Positions 37,399 through 41,078 of a stretch of DNA of 41,078 bases are shown piece after piece. Source of the stretch: an uncultured Synergistales bacterium (GTDB taxonomy: Bacteria > Synergistota > Synergistia > Synergistales > Aminobacteriaceae); assembly GCA_905236605.1 (NCBI GenBank), contig CAJORD010000168.1, positions 1 through 41,078 on the forward strand, in the 5' to 3' direction. The notes under the pieces were generated by a model, which was not told where the DNA came from, did not search any database, and saw nothing but the letters and a program-made list of their open reading frames with translations. Position numbers and translations under genes: made by a program. How positions within the stretch are numbered: position 1 is the first letter of the stretch; each line of letters opens with the position of its first letter.

Positions 37399-39577
37399 AA
37401 ATTACATGCTCTATGTAACGGGGCGAAAAAAAAATTTTTTAATCAGCGCGATTTTTACGCCTGTTTCGTGGCTTATGGGCGCGACACTCTCAATTATGAA
37501 TTTTCTTCGCGCTCACGGATTTTTGAAAACTGAAGAGCCGCCATTACCATTAATCAGCGTCGGAAATTTAACTTATGGCGGCACTAATAAAACTCCCTTC
37601 GTAAGAATGCTCGCCGAGTTCGCAATTTCAAAAAATATAAAAGTCGGGATCGTAACGCGTGGCTATTCTGGAAAGTCTAGCGACGTTTTAATAATAAGAA
37701 ATGGCGAAGGCGAACGCTCAATCACTGGCGACGAACCGTTATTATTATCTCAAAAACTCCCTGACGTTCCTGTAGCTGTCGCGCGGCATCGTATGGACGG
37801 AGTAAAAGCTCTTAAATCTCAAGGCGTCGAATTAGTTATTGCTGATGACGCTTTCCAACATCGAAGCATGGGCCGCGACGTTGATATAGTTTTAATAGAT
37901 TCTGTTTGTCCGTTCGGCTCCGGGAAATTAATTCCGGCGGGAATGCTACGCGAAAAAATTTCAGCTTTGAGGCGCGCCGATATTGTCGTGTTGACGAAAT
38001 CGAAACGAGTATCACCGGACGAACTTGAAAAATTAAAATCGAAAGTCAGTGAGTTTATATCGCCGGAAAAAATTTTCACGTCTGAAATTAATCCTGACGG
38101 TTGGATTATGTTCAACGGCGGCGAAGCTCCTGTGAAAAATTCAAAAGTTTTTGCGTTCTCTGCTATCGGAAGCCCAGAAAGTTTTATTAAAACTCTTAAC
38201 GAACTCGGCTTGACTGTAGACGGCTCAATGACTTTTCGAGATCATCACAACTACACGCCAGGCGACTTAAAAAATTTATATTCGACCGCAAAAAAATTAA
38301 ATTCTGATTACGTCAGCTGCACAGAGAAAGATTTATATAACATGCCAAAATTCGGAAATTGGAATTTTGAAATTCCGCTTATCGTTCCGAAAGTCAAAGC
38401 CGAAGTAAACGAGCGCGAAAAATTTTTTAAAGTTCTGCGGGAAACTTTGCGACCGAAAATTATAGTTGCGTCTAACGGTTACGGCGAAGACGCTATAGGC
38501 GTTGTGCTCGCAAAAAAACTTCGTGAACGATTTCCAGATTCTGAAATTTCTGCTTTTCCGTTGGTCGGTCGCGGCGACGCTTACATTAAAGAAGGCTTCG
38601 CGGTGAAGTCTGCTCCGTCTGTAACGCCTTCGGGTGGCGTTTTGAAATATAGCGTGAAAGATTTATTTGGCGACATGCGCGCGGGATTGTTGCGTCATGT
38701 TCGAGCGCAGCTTAGCGACTGGAAAAAATTAGCCGGAAAAATTAAAACTCCTCTTTGTGTCGGAGATGTTTATTTAATTCTTCACACATTATGGGGAGCG
38801 GGAGCGCGTCCTATGTTTGTGGCAACGGCTAAGACAGTTTATTTAAGCGGACATTGGCGACTTGAAAAATTTTTGATTAACAAATTTACTTTGAAAACTT
38901 GGACTCGCGATTCAAAAAGCGCCGAGCAACTTGGAAGCAAAGCGATTTATTCAGGAAGTCCGATTATGGATTTATTGTACGAGGGCGAAAAATACGAGAG
39001 AGGAGAAATAATTTTACTTTTGCCCGGCAGTCGTGCACGCGCAAATAACGACGTGAAATTATTACTCGACGCTGCCGAACTCATGAACGCTTCAGGCGAA
39101 AAAAATTTCAGAATGATTCTTGCTCCGACTTTAGATTTTGAAAAATTTTTTGCGGCTTGCGATATTTACGGCTGGAAAAAATTTAATGACACTCTCGAAA
39201 AAAATTCTTTGATTATAAATTTAAGTTTTGAAAGCGTCGCGCGCTCCGTGAACGGCGTGAAGATTTTATTAGGCTTGGGCGGCACTGCTAATCAATTATG
39301 CGCGGGGCTAGGGATACCTGTGATTTCGATTGACGAGAAGGGCAAACGAGTTCAAAAAAAATTATTGGGCGACTCAGAAATTTTGGTCCCGGCAACTTCA
39401 AAGGATTTAGCCGAATGTGCTCTGAAAGTTTTGAATGACTCGGCCTTATATAAATTCATGAGCGACGCCGGACGAGAACGAATGGGACAGCCGGGCGCGC
39501 TCGATGACGTAATAAATTTTGCTTGTGAAAATCTCGGCTGGGACATTAAAAATAAAATTTATAAAACTCTTTCATAA
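37382..39577 (+). CDS. lpxK: Tetraacyldisaccharide 4'-kinase (LpxK, res ~1-355) fused to an LpxB-related GT-B domain (res ~358-731)
   Basis: LpxK: ISVGNLTYGGTNKTP, DDAFQH, FRDHH. C-terminal half: IIVASNGYGEDAIG, LLLPGSRARANNDV, LGLGGTANQLCAGLGIPV, all LpxB-like blocks. Confidence 0.8.
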   Translation: MGTFLKNYMLYVTGRKKNFLISAIFTPVSWLMGATLSIMNFLRAHGFLKTEEPPLPLISVGNLTYGGTNKTPFVRMLAEFAISKNIKVGIVTRGYSGKSSDVLIIRNGEGERSITGDEPLLLSQKLPDVPVAVARHRMDGVKALKSQGVELVIADDAFQHRSMGRDVDIVLIDSVCPFGSGKLIPAGMLREKISALRRADIVVLTKSKRVSPDELEKLKSKVSEFISPEKIFTSEINPDGWIMFNGGEAPVKNSKVFAFSAIGSPESFIKTLNELGLTVDGSMTFRDHHNYTPGDLKNLYSTAKKLNSDYVSCTEKDLYNMPKFGNWNFEIPLIVPKVKAEVNEREKFFKVLRETLRPKIIVASNGYGEDAIGVVLAKKLRERFPDSEISAFPLVGRGDAYIKEGFAVKSAPSVTPSGGVLKYSVKDLFGDMRAGLLRHVRAQLSDWKKLAGKIKTPLCVGDVYLILHTLWGAGARPMFVATAKTVYLSGHWRLEKFLINKFTLKTWTRDSKSAEQLGSKAIYSGSPIMDLLYEGEKYERGEIILLLPGSRARANNDVKLLLDAAELMNASGEKNFRMILAPTLDFEKFFAACDIYGWKKFNDTLEKNSLIINLSFESVARSVNGVKILLGLGGTANQLCAGLGIPVISIDEKGKRVQKKLLGDSEILVPATSKDLAECALKVLNDSALYKFMSDAGRERMGQPGALDDVINFACENLGWDIKNKIYKTLS

Positions 39578-39584
39578 AAAAAAT

Positions 39585-39605
39585 TCCTCTCCATTGCGGG
39601 GAGGA
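39585..39605. terminator. Bidirectional terminator between lpxK and chrA
   Basis: TCCTCTCC-ATTGC-GGGGAGGA, preceded by A8 on the plus strand (a U-run for the minus strand) and followed by TTTAATT. Confidence 0.55.
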
Positions 39606-39616
39606 TTTAATTATCT

Positions 39617-40195
39617 TTAAAATTTGAAAACAATTCCCACAATCGCAGCTAAGAAAATCCAGAAGACCGGGTGTAATTTCTTCGTCGGCTTCACAAAATT
39701 CGTGCACACGATTAGAAAAACCGCTAGGCCAAGCGCAGGCCATTCAATTCGCTCCCATGATGATAAAGCATGAATATTATCATTTATAAAAGTTACGTGA
39801 GCGACAACGAAGCCTGCCGCAGTTATCATTGCGCAACTTGCTGGCCGGAGTCCATAAAACGCTCCGTTTACAAATTTATTATCATGAAACGCGTTCAAGA
39901 AAGCCGCGATTAATAAAATCACAATTATGCTCGGCGTTATTAATCCTAAAGTCGCGATAATCGAACCGGGGATTCCCGCCGTTAAATATCCAGAGTAAGT
40001 CGCCATGTTGATTCCAATCGGCCCGGGCGTCGATTCAGATACGGCGATCATGTCGGCCAACTGTTGACGCGAAAACCACGCCGTGCGGTCGGCAATGTCA
40101 TAAAGAAACGGCAACGTCGCCATACCGCCACCAACTGCAAAAAGTCCCGTGTTAAAAAATTCCCAGAATAATTTTAAGTAAATCATTTTGCCCAC
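39617..40195 (-). CDS. chrA: Chromate transporter (CHR family) short-chain half, second of a pair
   Basis: FAVGGGMATLPF... Chromate_transp pattern. 192 aa. Overlaps the upstream half by 13 nt. Confidence 0.8.
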   Translation of the reverse strand: MGKMIYLKLFWEFFNTGLFAVGGGMATLPFLYDIADRTAWFSRQQLADMIAVSESTPGPIGINMATYSGYLTAGIPGSIIATLGLITPSIIVILLIAAFLNAFHDNKFVNGAFYGLRPASCAMITAAGFVVAHVTFINDNIHALSSWERIEWPALGLAVFLIVCTNFVKPTKKLHPVFWIFLAAIVGIVFKF

Positions 40196-40716
40196 ACCTT
40201 TAAAATAATTCCTGCAAATCCTGCCGCGATTACAAATACAACCGGCGAAATATTAAACATGAACGAGCACGCGAGAATTATTAAATAAATTGCCATCGTC
40301 TTTATGTCGATTATAGATTTCTTGAAAAGTTTCAAGACCGCGTTAAAAATTAAAACGCAAACGCAAACTCGAATCCCTGCGAACGCATGTTTGACCCATT
40401 CGAGCGAAGAATAATATTCAATCACGCCGGCCAAGAGCGTTATTATCACGACTGACGGAAAAACTACTCCTAACGTAGCGACAACGCCGCCAAGATTTCC
40501 CGCGGTCTTGCGCCCGATAAAAGTCGCGACATTCACAGCGATAATCCCCGGCGTGCATTGTCCGATTGCGTAATAATCTGCGAGTTCTTCTTCGGTGCCC
40601 CATTTTTTATTTTCAACAATTTCGCGCTGAAGAATCGGAAGCATCGCATAACCGCCGCCGAAAGTTACAGCGCCCATTTTTGCAAATGTGATAAATAAAT
40701 CAAATAATTTCTTCAT
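40183..40716 (-). CDS. chrA: Chromate transporter (CHR family) short-chain half, first of a pair
   Basis: TFGGGYAMLPILQRE pattern. I prefer the ATG at 40716 (AAGGAG 7 nt upstream) over the upstream TTG at 40767 proposed by the ORF track. Confidence 0.8.
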   Translation of the reverse strand: MKKLFDLFITFAKMGAVTFGGGYAMLPILQREIVENKKWGTEEELADYYAIGQCTPGIIAVNVATFIGRKTAGNLGGVVATLGVVFPSVVIITLLAGVIEYYSSLEWVKHAFAGIRVCVCVLIFNAVLKLFKKSIIDIKTMAIYLIILACSFMFNISPVVFVIAAGFAGIILKVWAK

Positions 40717-40774
40717 GAAAAGTCTCCTTAAAATATTTTCAATATTATATCCCTCATGATTTCCCAACTTATAT

Positions 40775-40795
40775 TTCCTAGTTTGCTTTTCCTAG
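40775..40795 (-). repeat. Heptad repeat copy D in inverted orientation (minus strand CTAGGAA AAGCAAA CTAGGAA)
   Basis: TTCCTAG occurs at 40775-81 and 40789-95, exactly 14 nt apart and abutting TTGACA. Confidence 0.65.
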
Positions 40796-40823
40796 TTGAC
40801 AAAAATCAATGCCGGTGTAAAAT
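40796..40823 (+). promoter_or_regulatory. Candidate promoter TTGACA - 16 nt - TAAAAT for the downstream secreted-protein gene
   Basis: TTGACA at 40796-40801 and TAAAAT at 40818-40823. Confidence 0.4.
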
Positions 40824-40908
40824 GTGCAACGTGGTTCTGCGTGTATTACTTAGTTAAAGAATCAACAAAAAATTAAATTTAAAAATCCGAAAGGAGTGCT
40901 TTTGTTTT

Positions 40909-41078
40909 ATGAAAAAGTTATTAGTTTTTACGTTAATTGTTTCATTGTTCGCCTGCACCTCTGGCGCATTGGCGTACACAACCGTTGGTGGCGACGAGCT
41001 CGTTCACTATCAACATCTGAAATCCTTGTCTAACCTTACTCCGGAGCAGCAGGAATTCGTTGATATTTATGATCAAAA
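40909..41078 (+). CDS. Secreted protein or lipoprotein, 5' fragment (runs off the window)
   Basis: The ATG has AAAGGAG upstream. The product begins MKKLLVFTLIVSLFACTSGALAYTTVGGDE..., a signal peptide with a possible LFAC lipobox. Confidence 0.5.
   Translation, partial: MKKLLVFTLIVSLFACTSGALAYTTVGGDELVHYQHLKSLSNLTPEQQEFVDIYDQ

Overview
This is a gene-dense 41-kb chromosomal window with about 46 CDS and no rRNA, tRNA, CRISPR array, transposase or integrase that I can see. All family calls come from reading motifs by eye; no searches were run. The host looks like a diderm bacterium (skp, lpxB-like, msbA and lpxK are present) with Firmicutes/Synergistota-like operon order. Main blocks: (1) a long minus-strand translation and tRNA-modification operon, rimP-nusA-ylxR::L7Ae-infB-rbfA-nrnA-truB-ribF-tatD-hicAB-tgt-sua5 (3.6-14.4 kb); (2) rpoZ-coaBC-priA-DNA methyltransferase, then queT, skp and a PBP-like protein (14.6-21.2 kb); (3) rpmH-rnpA-yidD-yidC-jag (21.3-23.8 kb, minus strand), where rpmH is missing from the ORF track; (4) a malic-enzyme N-terminal remnant followed by mtnA-recD2; (5) an oxidoreductase, a MATE transporter, a Cof phosphatase and a PTS EIIBCA; (6) two convergent coiled-coil envelope proteins; (7) a translationally coupled lipid A cluster, lpxB-like-msbA-lpxK, in which LpxK is fused to a second LpxB-related domain; (8) a split chrA pair. 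The most unusual observations are these. A heptad-phased purine-rich repeat (NTAGGAA)n recurs in four intergenic regions, and two copies sharing an identical 22-nt core bracket a two-gene module encoding a tandem double-OB SSB-like protein and an RpiR regulator. The PriA homologue has degenerate ATPase/helicase motifs throughout and is followed by an orphan beta-class methyltransferase. LpxK carries an LpxB-related fusion and a variant P-loop. queT seems to need a non-canonical ATT start. I could not identify a clear-cut new multi-gene system such as a defence island; the candidates below are ranked accordingly.
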